DNA from: an uncultured Micavibrio sp.
Lineage (GTDB): Bacteria; Patescibacteriota; Minisyncoccia; Moranbacterales; GCA-2747515
DNA: 45,622 nt
Reading direction: 5' to 3'
Assembly (NCBI GenBank): GCA_964534895.1
Contig: CAZHQB010000003.1
Span: 1-45,622, forward strand
Positions 18,396 through 27,743 of the stretch are shown here, piece by piece. The position numbers and the translations under genes are program-made. Position 1 is the first letter of the stretch; every line of letters starts with the position of its first letter. Below the pieces are notes generated by a model that made no database searches, was not told the origin of the DNA, and saw only the letters and a program-made list of their open reading frames with translations.

Positions 18396-18485
18396 ATGTC
18401 AGTTAGGGTTAAAAATAAGAGTTTTGATGATTGTTAAAAAATTGTGGAAATGATAAAATACTAGCATATTTAGTTATTCAAATAT

Positions 18486-19607
18486 ATGGCTGTTGATAAA
18501 AATAATATACAAATAGATAAAAACCAAAATCAATCAAAGGTAGCGTTGGTACATGATTTTTTGCTATATCCTGGAGGTGCTGAAAAGGTTCTTGCTGATT
18601 TGACTAAAATATTTCCAAAAGCACCAATTTATACATTGCTTTATAATAAAGATCAAATGAAGGGGCAATTTAGTAATAAAAACATCCGTACTAGTTTTTT
18701 GCAAAAGTGGCCAAATTGGTTGAAAAAAAGGCACAAGCTGTTAATTCCTTTTTTTGGGACTGCTATGGAAAGTTTTGATTTACGAGAATTTGATTTAGTT
18801 ATTTCTAGTTCTGGTGCCTGGAGTAAAGGAATAGTTACAAGGTTAAATACAAGACATATTGCGTATATACATTCACCAATGCGATATGTATGGGATGAAA
18901 ATGAACATTATTTAAAAAAAATAGTAAATAAAAAAAATCATTTTTGTATTAGATTGTTATTGAGTTATTTACGAGTATGGGATTATCAAGCAGCACAACG
19001 ACCGGATATTTTAATTGCAAATTCAAAATATACTAAAGAAAGAATTGAGAAATATTATCGTAGAAAATCAAGTGTAATTTGTCCAGCAGCTACATTGAAT
19101 GTTGATGATATTAACAAAGACAGAGATGGGTTTGTAGTTATTTCAAGATTATCAAAATACAAAAATGTAGCTTTGACTGTTGAAGTATGTAATAAATTAC
19201 AATTGCCGCTTACTGTTATAGGAGAAGGAAATGAATTAATGACATTAACGAAGATTGCTGGCAAAACAATTAAAATTTTAGGTTATATATCAGAGAAAGA
19301 AAAAATTAAATATTTACAAAGAGCAGAGGCATTACTTTTTCCAACAGAGGATGATTTTGGTATAGTGTGTATAGAAGCCATGCAAACTGGCACACCAGTT
19401 ATTGCTCTTAATCGAGGTGGCGGACGTGAGATAGTTATCCCAGGGATAACAGGAGAATTATTTGATGCACCAACTGTGGAAATGTTGGCTGATGCAATAC
19501 GTAGATTTTTGGAGAAGAAGGATACTTATGATAGATGTATTATAAAAGCAGAAAGTCAAAAATATACATTTAATAGATTTGAAAAACAATTCAGAGAATT
19601 AATTTAA
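18486..19607 (+). CDS. Glycosyltransferase family 4 (GT-B, mannosyltransferase-like)
   Basis: KVALVHDFL..PGGAEKV, YIHSPMRY, EDDFGIVCIEAM. Confidence 0.88.
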   Translation: MAVDKNNIQIDKNQNQSKVALVHDFLLYPGGAEKVLADLTKIFPKAPIYTLLYNKDQMKGQFSNKNIRTSFLQKWPNWLKKRHKLLIPFFGTAMESFDLREFDLVISSSGAWSKGIVTRLNTRHIAYIHSPMRYVWDENEHYLKKIVNKKNHFCIRLLLSYLRVWDYQAAQRPDILIANSKYTKERIEKYYRRKSSVICPAATLNVDDINKDRDGFVVISRLSKYKNVALTVEVCNKLQLPLTVIGEGNELMTLTKIAGKTIKILGYISEKEKIKYLQRAEALLFPTEDDFGIVCIEAMQTGTPVIALNRGGGREIVIPGITGELFDAPTVEMLADAIRRFLEKKDTYDRCIIKAESQKYTFNRFEKQFRELI

Positions 19608-19703
19608 TGTCAACAGAATTTCATAGATTCTTTTAATTTAGAATCGTATAGGATTCCTTTTTGGTGGTATATATAATTTATTATTGTGGTATAGTATAAA
19701 TCT

Positions 19704-20582
19704 ATGAATAAAAAAATTATAGGACATAGAAAAAATATTGAATTATTACAAAAAACCTTGCGGAATGGTAGTTTACATCACAGCTTTTTGTTTGTGGGTC
19801 CTGAAAATGTTGGTAAGCAAGTTGTAGCAAGATCTCTAGCAAATAATATTGTAAATAATAATTTGGATAAACCATTGAAAATATGTGAACATATAGATAG
19901 TGATGTAAATATTATAAGACCGCAAGTAATTGAAAAAAAGAAAAAAAATATTATAAAAAATATATCTGCTGAAATAATTATAGAGGCTATGCATTCTATG
20001 ATGCTTGCACCCGATAAAAAAGCAAAAGTACTCATAATAGATGACGCACATAGAATGACATTTTCAGCACAAAATGCATTGCTCAAAACATTGGAAGAAC
20101 CTTTAGAAAATAGATATATAATATTGGTGACTCATAATACTAGTAGATTACTTAGAACTATTCAATCGCGCTGTTTTGTTATGCAGTTTAATGTTGTGGA
20201 TATTGAAGAACTTCGTGTTGAATATAAGGATAGTGAATATTTGAATGATATGGATGGTCGTCCCGGTTTCTTGTATAATATTTATAATGATGATTATTTT
20301 CGCAGTATAGTAGAAAGTGCTAGGCATAAACTTCAAATACTTGCACATAAAAAAATATATGAACGTTTGGATCTAGCATTAGAATTATCGAAAAAAGATG
20401 ATGTATATTTAAAGATTTTCTTCCAAGTGTGGATTTATCGTATAAGAATTGCAGCATATAAAACTAAAAAATTTCAATTAATTAAAGTCGCAGGTAGAGT
20501 GGAAGATTCACTCAATAAGATGAATTCAACTAACGTGAACAAGCAGTTAATGTTAGAAGATCTTCTTATAAATATTGTGTAA
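19704..20582 (+). CDS. holB: DNA polymerase III subunit delta-prime
   Basis: GPENVGK, IIDDAHRMT..AQNALLKTLEEP, TIQSRC. Confidence 0.88.
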   Translation: MNKKIIGHRKNIELLQKTLRNGSLHHSFLFVGPENVGKQVVARSLANNIVNNNLDKPLKICEHIDSDVNIIRPQVIEKKKKNIIKNISAEIIIEAMHSMMLAPDKKAKVLIIDDAHRMTFSAQNALLKTLEEPLENRYIILVTHNTSRLLRTIQSRCFVMQFNVVDIEELRVEYKDSEYLNDMDGRPGFLYNIYNDDYFRSIVESARHKLQILAHKKIYERLDLALELSKKDDVYLKIFFQVWIYRIRIAAYKTKKFQLIKVAGRVEDSLNKMNSTNVNKQLMLEDLLINIV

Positions 20583-20587
20583 ATTAT

Positions 20588-21526
20588 ATGGCAAGAAAGA
20601 ACAAAAGTAAAATTGTACATCGTAAAAATAATTTACGTAAGCATAAAAAGAAAAATATAAAAAATTCGCATACATGGAAACAGAATATCTTTATTTTAGC
20701 TGTAGTGTTTTTTATAGGAACTGTAGGTTATATTTTTTTATGTTCGGATTTATTAGTTGTGCATAAATTTGATATTCGTGGAGTAAATAGGGTGAATAAA
20801 GATCAAATTATTGACATTATAAAATATGATATAAATGGTAAAATCATCTCATGTATTAAGAAAAACAATTATTTTATAATAGATAAAAATAAAATTAGTA
20901 AAGATATTTTAAAGAATGATAGACTAAAGAAAGTTAATATCATAAAACGATTTCCAGATAAAATTATTGTAGAAATACAGGAATATGATAATTTAGTAAT
21001 TTGGTGTAAAAGTTCGGCCATGGAGGCTTGTTTTTTGGTAGATGGTGAAATTGTGAAAAAACAAGTATCGATGGATAACTCAGTTGTTGTAAATAATAGG
21101 CATTTTGTAATTGTAGATGATACGCATCAAGACATAAGCATAGGAGATCATGTGATGTCAGAGGAGTTCTTAAAGAAAATTGAAATACTTGGAAGAGAAT
21201 TGGTATATATGTTAGATGTGAAGATTGAACAACCATTTAAAGTCACTTCTAGAGGTTCATATGAAGTACGATTTATGACCGATGAGGGATGGTATATAAT
21301 TATTGATTTATCACAGGAGACCAAAGAAATTCTTGATATTGCGAAACTATTTGCTACGAAAGTAGATTTGCCAAGTCGTCGTAGTGACTTGGAGTATGTA
21401 GATATGCGATTTCCGGAGAAGATTTTTTATAAGATGAAAGATGGAGTTGAACAAAATGTAGGACAAAATGAAAAAGTAAAAAATGATAAATCCGGGTCTA
21501 AGAACAAAAGTAAAAATAAAAAATAA
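20588..21526 (+). CDS. ftsQ: FtsQ/DivIB-like POTRA-domain protein
   Basis: Basic N-terminus, single TM, POTRA-like KRFPDKIIVEIQE, C-terminal EYVDMRF. Confidence 0.72.
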   Translation: MARKNKSKIVHRKNNLRKHKKKNIKNSHTWKQNIFILAVVFFIGTVGYIFLCSDLLVVHKFDIRGVNRVNKDQIIDIIKYDINGKIISCIKKNNYFIIDKNKISKDILKNDRLKKVNIIKRFPDKIIVEIQEYDNLVIWCKSSAMEACFLVDGEIVKKQVSMDNSVVVNNRHFVIVDDTHQDISIGDHVMSEEFLKKIEILGRELVYMLDVKIEQPFKVTSRGSYEVRFMTDEGWYIIIDLSQETKEILDIAKLFATKVDLPSRRSDLEYVDMRFPEKIFYKMKDGVEQNVGQNEKVKNDKSGSKNKSKNKK

Positions 21527-21554
21527 TTTTTTTGTAATTTTGATAAATTTCTAA

Positions 21555-23360
21555 TTAATCAATTTTATAAATTAACAGAGAAGTTCCAACTTGATCTATT
21601 GGTTTATAATTTTTTAACCAACGATATGTATCGTCGTCAGATTTCTTTGTATTGTAAATTGATTCTTGAATGAAAAATACAGATATAGCATAATATCCCG
21701 GTTCTATCGGACGTTTGCTATCCCACCATAGTATATATTTATCTTTACCTATTCTATTATGAATATCATCTCCTCCAAAATAATCTATCCTAATTTTATT
21801 AATTTCCGGATGATTATTTAAATATATCTTAAGTCGTTTCAAGTCTTGTCCCCAATCTGCATTTGAGTCAGTTACATAATGCCAGCCATTTTTTGGTCCA
21901 CCAAATAGTGCATTGAAATATGACATGTAGTAAGGGTAAGTATTTAATGTAACTGTTACTAATATTAAAATAAGTGTTATAAATATTATTTTTGTGACAT
22001 TTTTTCTTGTTGGGTTTTTTAAATTTTTGTATGAATCAATAATAATTTTTGATGTTAATAGATATATAAAGGGCATTATTGGAAATAAATGTCTGAATCC
22101 AATATTTAGATTTCCAGTTACAGATAAATAACTATAAAAAATAATAAATGCTCCCAGTGTCAATTCGGTAAATCTATTTAGTATAAATTTACGTAATTGT
22201 GTTAGTGAAGTTTTGAATTTTTGAGTAAATAATTTATAAACTCCTTGTATCAAAACTATAAGAATAAATGTAAGTGCAATACAATAGAAGAATAAATGTA
22301 TAAGTGTTTGTTTTGCAATAAAGACAAATGGAAAATAAGTTTTTGATGCTTGTGAGGATACATTACCTAAAAAATAAGTTACATTTCCATCTTCTACACG
22401 ATCAAATACTTGCATAAGTCCTTGGACATAAATTGCTAATGGTCTGGTAATAAAATTCTCATTAGTTTTTAATATGAATTTACTAAGATATTTATCACGA
22501 GTATATTTTTCTGGTTGACTTTTACTGTGTGTGATTGGTGGCAAAATATCGACAGACATATTGTATGATACCGGAATATAAATAAGCCATATGGTAAAAA
22601 ATGTAATAATTATAGCAAATATGCTCTTTATAATATATTGCCAGATAGTTTGCAGTCGATTCTCGTCTTTTTTGCAGTATTTGATTAATGAGTAAATTAT
22701 CAATATCAATGCAAAAAAAGGTAATAAAATAATTGCTGAAAATTTAGTTGTTTGCGCAACTCCGAGAGTAAATCCACCTATCAGAGCATTTAACCATGTA
22801 GGTTTTTTTAGGAATTGTAAAAAGAAATAGAAAGCTACTCCGATGGCAATGGCGATAGTTAGGTCAGTTGTTACAAAATGATTGTGTCCCAAGATATTTG
22901 GATCAAACGCATATAATGTGAGAGTAAAAAGTCCTGCAATAATTCCGCCAAGTTTTTTACCCCAAAAAAATAGAAATATTCCAAATAAAAGTGAAATGAT
23001 AATAACAGGCACACGAGCCCAAAAAGTAATCCAGTCAGTATTATTTCCTGCCTGATGAAGTAGATATCTTCCAGCGTCCCATTGTCCATATTCGCCATAA
23101 TTATTTATATTTGTCCAAAAGTTAGCATTCCAATCAAAACTTATATTTAATGGTAATATAGCAAGTCCCGACAATATTTTGAGAAGTGGTGGATGTTCGG
23201 GATTTAGTCTATAATCATGAGCTTTTATATAAGTATAAGCTGCAGGTATATGTGCGATTTCATCAAAAGTGAGAGAGTCATTCCATGCTAATGAGATAGA
23301 AACTATTGCTATAAATATAATTATGAAAATTATTATAAATTTATAATATTTTGTTATCAT
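21555..23360 (-). CDS. GT-C (PMT/ArnT, family 39/83-like) membrane glycosyltransferase
   Basis: TFDEIAH, NPEHPPL, multiple TM helices, DSNADWGQDL. Confidence 0.85.
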   Translation of the reverse strand: MITKYYKFIIIFIIIFIAIVSISLAWNDSLTFDEIAHIPAAYTYIKAHDYRLNPEHPPLLKILSGLAILPLNISFDWNANFWTNINNYGEYGQWDAGRYLLHQAGNNTDWITFWARVPVIIISLLFGIFLFFWGKKLGGIIAGLFTLTLYAFDPNILGHNHFVTTDLTIAIAIGVAFYFFLQFLKKPTWLNALIGGFTLGVAQTTKFSAIILLPFFALILIIYSLIKYCKKDENRLQTIWQYIIKSIFAIIITFFTIWLIYIPVSYNMSVDILPPITHSKSQPEKYTRDKYLSKFILKTNENFITRPLAIYVQGLMQVFDRVEDGNVTYFLGNVSSQASKTYFPFVFIAKQTLIHLFFYCIALTFILIVLIQGVYKLFTQKFKTSLTQLRKFILNRFTELTLGAFIIFYSYLSVTGNLNIGFRHLFPIMPFIYLLTSKIIIDSYKNLKNPTRKNVTKIIFITLILILVTVTLNTYPYYMSYFNALFGGPKNGWHYVTDSNADWGQDLKRLKIYLNNHPEINKIRIDYFGGDDIHNRIGKDKYILWWDSKRPIEPGYYAISVFFIQESIYNTKKSDDDTYRWLKNYKPIDQVGTSLLIYKID

Positions 23361-23381
23361 TTTTTTGATATTAATAAATTA

Positions 23382-24944
23382 TTATTCAATATGTTTTACA
23401 ATTATAAATTGTGTGTTTAGATTAGTTTTTATTGTGTTTACTGTTGTTTTTGTTTTATTTGTTAAATTTTTTATTAAGTTGTCATCTTGTTCAGAAATTA
23501 GTATATAAAAATTTTGTTTTGTATCAATTGTGTTAATTTCATTTTTATATAAAAAAATTAAATTTGGCGTATTCTCATTTAATAATTGTATAGGCAATCT
23601 TTTTAATGGCCCCGCTATTACATATTTAGTTGTTTGGGTTGGTAGAGTTTTAATATAATATGCTATGTCTGTCATCGATTTATTAAAACTTTGTGCTTGG
23701 TGTGAATTTTTAGCCCAAAATACATTATATTTAATTATATTGCAAAATCCAGAGATGAGTAATAAAGTAATAAGTAATACAGAGGTAATAATGTGCATTT
23801 TGTAAGGAAGTTTTTTGGAGTATTCAATAAGAAAATTAATAAAAAATGCTGAAAAAATATAAACAACAGGAAGTGTACCAATAGATCGAAGTGCATGAGG
23901 CAGTCCTTCTGTTGTAAGAAATTCTGGTGCAAGAAATGCTACAAACCATGCGAGCAATAGTCCATGTGTTACTAATTTACGATTTCGAACTTTTTTTGTG
24001 AATCTCAGGACAATATATTTCAAAAAAATAAATATTGATAAAAAGATACCACCAACAAACATTAATCCAACAAAAAATTCAAGTGTAGGAAGTGGTGGAT
24101 AACTATGACGCCAGTTTTGGTCGCCTTTTATATTAAATTTTAATAAAGATTTTGTAATATTATTTTGTAATGTTTTGGAAATGTTTTGTTGATTATTTGT
24201 AAATATAGACAATTCATTTGTACGAGAATTTGTAAATTCTGGATGAATATGCAGAGTATAAAATATTGGGAATGCACTAAATAATACAAATAAAATAAAA
24301 ATTATGATATTTTTCCAGTGCTTTTTCAAAATTTGAAAACCTTGTTGAAATATTAACAAAAAAAATAGTACAAAAAGTAATAAAGGTGTTATGCGAAATG
24401 CGATATATGTGTGAAAACCAAGCCCAAAGATAAAACCGGCTATTGCAAATTGCCACCATTTGTTGGTGCGAATTCCTTTAAATATAAAATAAAAAGAAAA
24501 TGTAAGTATAGGCAACATCATAATTGCCCTAAAAGCAATGCGAGAAAAATTCACAGCCCAAAAGCTAACGGCAGTAAGATAGCTGGATATTAATGCAATC
24601 TTTGGTTTTGATATAAATAATTCTCGTGAAAGTAAATATACTCCGAAAATTGTTAGTGTTCCCATAATAATAGATGGGAGTTTTAATGTGAATATACTAA
24701 CGCTAAATAATTTAAATACAAGAGCCATTAAATTTATATATAGCCCTTCACGTCCGTTATTGTCTGGGTAAAACCATTTATAGGTATTATTTATTTGAGC
24801 GTCATATGCATTTGTGCCATTATTTGCTTCATCTGGATATATACCGCTTGGAACATTATTAATATTGTAAATACGTAAAGTGATCCCAAGAATAATTATA
24901 AGGATAAATATTGTAAGATAAATTATTTTATTTTTTTCACTCAT
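23382..24944 (-). CDS. GT-C (PMT/ArnT, family 39/83-like) membrane glycosyltransferase
   Basis: LRIYNI...PSGIYPDEA, NNGREG, FSRIAFR, PHALR; polytopic. Confidence 0.85.
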   Translation of the reverse strand: MSEKNKIIYLTIFILIIILGITLRIYNINNVPSGIYPDEANNGTNAYDAQINNTYKWFYPDNNGREGLYINLMALVFKLFSVSIFTLKLPSIIMGTLTIFGVYLLSRELFISKPKIALISSYLTAVSFWAVNFSRIAFRAIMMLPILTFSFYFIFKGIRTNKWWQFAIAGFIFGLGFHTYIAFRITPLLLFVLFFLLIFQQGFQILKKHWKNIIIFILFVLFSAFPIFYTLHIHPEFTNSRTNELSIFTNNQQNISKTLQNNITKSLLKFNIKGDQNWRHSYPPLPTLEFFVGLMFVGGIFLSIFIFLKYIVLRFTKKVRNRKLVTHGLLLAWFVAFLAPEFLTTEGLPHALRSIGTLPVVYIFSAFFINFLIEYSKKLPYKMHIITSVLLITLLLISGFCNIIKYNVFWAKNSHQAQSFNKSMTDIAYYIKTLPTQTTKYVIAGPLKRLPIQLLNENTPNLIFLYKNEINTIDTKQNFYILISEQDDNLIKNLTNKTKTTVNTIKTNLNTQFIIVKHIE

Positions 24945-25017
24945 TTTTTTGTTTTATATATTGTATATGTTATAATTATAACATATATAAAATAAAATTT
25001 TTTTAGAGTTATGTTTT

Positions 25018-27732
25018 ATGGCAAACATTAGAGATCAATTAGTTGGCGCTGTAGGTAAGCACATGTCATCCGAGAAAGAAAAAAAAGAATTGGCAAAATT
25101 GAAAAGTGAATTTGAGATAAATAATGCAGAAATTGACAGGCTTTTGAGTATTTTTGTTGATATAAAAAAAATAATTAGGGAGGATGAGTATGATAATGAT
25201 ATTGAAAAATTATTGGATAAATATATAGATAATATTCGCGTTAAATTTGACAATGTTTTAGAAATTGAATTTGTAGATGATATAGTAGAAGCGGGTAGTA
25301 TTATTGGTAAACAGAAAAAACTTATAAATGAAATCAATAATTTAGTTAATGAGATGGCAGATGTTGCTGATGTTGAGATAATCCGACAAGAAAATTCAGA
25401 AACAATTAATTCAAATAAACAAAATGAAGATATACAAGACATTGGAGATGTTGATGAATCTAATGGAAAGTATATTACATGGCATATTGCCAAAGAAGAA
25501 GCAAATAAATATGCTAAAGAAAATGCGCAAATAGGGGATATGCTTAGGAGTATTAAAAATGAAATATCTTTACGTAGTAAAAAAATTGATAAATTAAAGG
25601 GTAAGGAAAAAACAAATGCAATTGAGCAACTGAAAGCATTCAAAGAAAAATCAGCACATGAGTTGTATAACATTGTACAAGAAAGAAAGGAATACATTAA
25701 AAAGCAAGAAAAGAAAAAACAAGAATCTAAAACTGTTACAGATAAAGATGAAATAAATACATTTTTTGATGAGATTATTTTTGAAGCACAAAAAAATCAT
25801 GCACAAGATAGTGCTCAGATTAGGGATATGTTGGATAGTATACGAAAAACTGTGAAACAAAAGAAAAAAGAAATTGGTAATGCGAGTACAAAAATTCAAA
25901 GACAAACTAAAATTACAGAGTTGATAAATTTAAAATCAGAGTTAGCTCAAAAACTACAAAATATAATTAAAGAGAAAATTGAATTTGATATACAAAATAA
26001 ATCAGAAAAAGTTAAAGAAAAGAAATTAGTAAAGTCTGATAAAATAAAACAATTTGAGGTGAATAGACAACAGATTGTTGATGACGTTGACACTTTATTT
26101 GAAAGTGAAGAAATTGAGAATTATATTGGTGTAGGAAAAAGTAAAAAGGTGATAGAAAACAAAAATAGAATTAAATTATACAAAAAAGAGATTATTGAAA
26201 GCATTGCGGAAATAGAGAAAGTTGCTAGACGTAAAATAAATAGGAGTCAGTTTGCACTAGACTATGTACAATCAAAGTCTGCATCTAAAGTGGCACATAT
26301 TTTAGAGGATAAAATAAAAAAAATAAATAGACAGAAACAAATAAAAGATGTCGAAAAAATTAGAATGTCTGCAGATATTACCTTTGCGCAAATGAATAAA
26401 TATGATATACCGTATGACAAATTAAATGGAAATACTGTTGATGAAGGCGATAATAATTTTGGAGATATTAGCCGTGAGGCATGGAAAGAATTTGCTGTGC
26501 GTGGTTTTTTAGAACGAAGTAGGGAAACTGGTAAAGTTGAAGTGCGTGGTATGACAAATACAGATGGTAGGGTTGCTATGATGCTATTTAAAAATGCTGG
26601 GATGGATATTAGTGATTTGATTTATGTGGCTCCTGGAGATTATATTAAAAATAAAATAAATATTGATACTGGAAACAGAGATGGATTAGTTATATTGTCA
26701 GATGGCACGGTTATTATTGATCATCATGGTCAAGATTCGTCACTAGATACTTCTGCAGCACAAGAGGTATATAAAGTTCTTACTGATTTAAGGTTATTAG
26801 AAAAAACACAAGAATTAGATAAGCTCATATCATTTGTAAATGATGTTGATAATTTTGATTATCCGGATGCTGATGAATTTTTCAAAAATTATTTTAAAAA
26901 TGCTGGTAAAACAATGTTAAGTGTATATAAGATGCTACCTCCACATAAATTACTAGCATTTTTCCAGTATAAAAATCAAAAAACTGGAGGAGGACTTTCC
27001 CCAGCTCAGCCCTTGTCACTTGGGTTATTGAGGAAATTTGGTATAGAAAATAATGAAGGTGATAAAAAGAAAAGTAGAGGTCAGAAAGCTAGAGAACGGG
27101 CAAAAGAAGAATATAAAATATTACAAGATTTAGAAAGAGAAGGTCTAATTTTACAATCAAAACGATATGGGAAAATTTGTATTAGCGTAAATGGTAATGT
27201 ATCAAATGAATCTGTGCGAGCATTTGGATGTGATACTGTGATTTTGTGGAATAAATCAGGGAATGGTTTTTTTATCTCTAGTTTAGTGGGTAAACCGATT
27301 AAAGATAAATTTGGTCAGGGGAAAAACATAAGAAAAACAATGTGGATAAAGCCAAATAGTCAAGATGATAAATTAACGATACAACTAAAAGATGTGTTAG
27401 AGAAAATGACGGATGGAAAGTTGGAGACTTCAGATAAATTAGCATATATATTAAATAATAATGGAGAGAGAACTAATAGGATTGAATTATCAAGTATAGA
27501 TGAAAAAAAACTTGAATTTTATATTGATTATGTGAGAGAAATGATAGATTATATTAATAATACAAATTATGACGAATTTGGGCTAAAAACTGAAAAAGCA
27601 GTTCAAAAAGAAAAGAAAAAATTAATAAAGGAATTTTGGCAGCAGTTTGAAAAGGATCTTAAAGAAGACAAACAGTTTGGAAGTGTTAAGAATGAAAGAG
27701 ATGTGTTAACACTAATTCGAGATAAAATATAA
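25018..27732 (+). CDS. Large charged coiled-coil protein with a C-terminal DHH-like phosphoesterase domain
   Basis: Helical N-terminal half with an internal repeat (AQIxDMLxSI, 96-aa spacing); motifs TNTDG, NIDTG, IIDHHG, TSAA, VNDVD. Confidence 0.6.
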   Translation: MANIRDQLVGAVGKHMSSEKEKKELAKLKSEFEINNAEIDRLLSIFVDIKKIIREDEYDNDIEKLLDKYIDNIRVKFDNVLEIEFVDDIVEAGSIIGKQKKLINEINNLVNEMADVADVEIIRQENSETINSNKQNEDIQDIGDVDESNGKYITWHIAKEEANKYAKENAQIGDMLRSIKNEISLRSKKIDKLKGKEKTNAIEQLKAFKEKSAHELYNIVQERKEYIKKQEKKKQESKTVTDKDEINTFFDEIIFEAQKNHAQDSAQIRDMLDSIRKTVKQKKKEIGNASTKIQRQTKITELINLKSELAQKLQNIIKEKIEFDIQNKSEKVKEKKLVKSDKIKQFEVNRQQIVDDVDTLFESEEIENYIGVGKSKKVIENKNRIKLYKKEIIESIAEIEKVARRKINRSQFALDYVQSKSASKVAHILEDKIKKINRQKQIKDVEKIRMSADITFAQMNKYDIPYDKLNGNTVDEGDNNFGDISREAWKEFAVRGFLERSRETGKVEVRGMTNTDGRVAMMLFKNAGMDISDLIYVAPGDYIKNKINIDTGNRDGLVILSDGTVIIDHHGQDSSLDTSAAQEVYKVLTDLRLLEKTQELDKLISFVNDVDNFDYPDADEFFKNYFKNAGKTMLSVYKMLPPHKLLAFFQYKNQKTGGGLSPAQPLSLGLLRKFGIENNEGDKKKSRGQKARERAKEEYKILQDLEREGLILQSKRYGKICISVNGNVSNESVRAFGCDTVILWNKSGNGFFISSLVGKPIKDKFGQGKNIRKTMWIKPNSQDDKLTIQLKDVLEKMTDGKLETSDKLAYILNNNGERTNRIELSSIDEKKLEFYIDYVREMIDYINNTNYDEFGLKTEKAVQKEKKKLIKEFWQQFEKDLKEDKQFGSVKNERDVLTLIRDKI

Positions 27733-27743
27733 AAAACAAAAAT

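Noticed and set aside
19704-20582. HolB lacking the four-Cys zinc module as a novelty
   Set aside because: Loss of the zinc module is known in diverse delta-prime proteins; the other motifs are normal.
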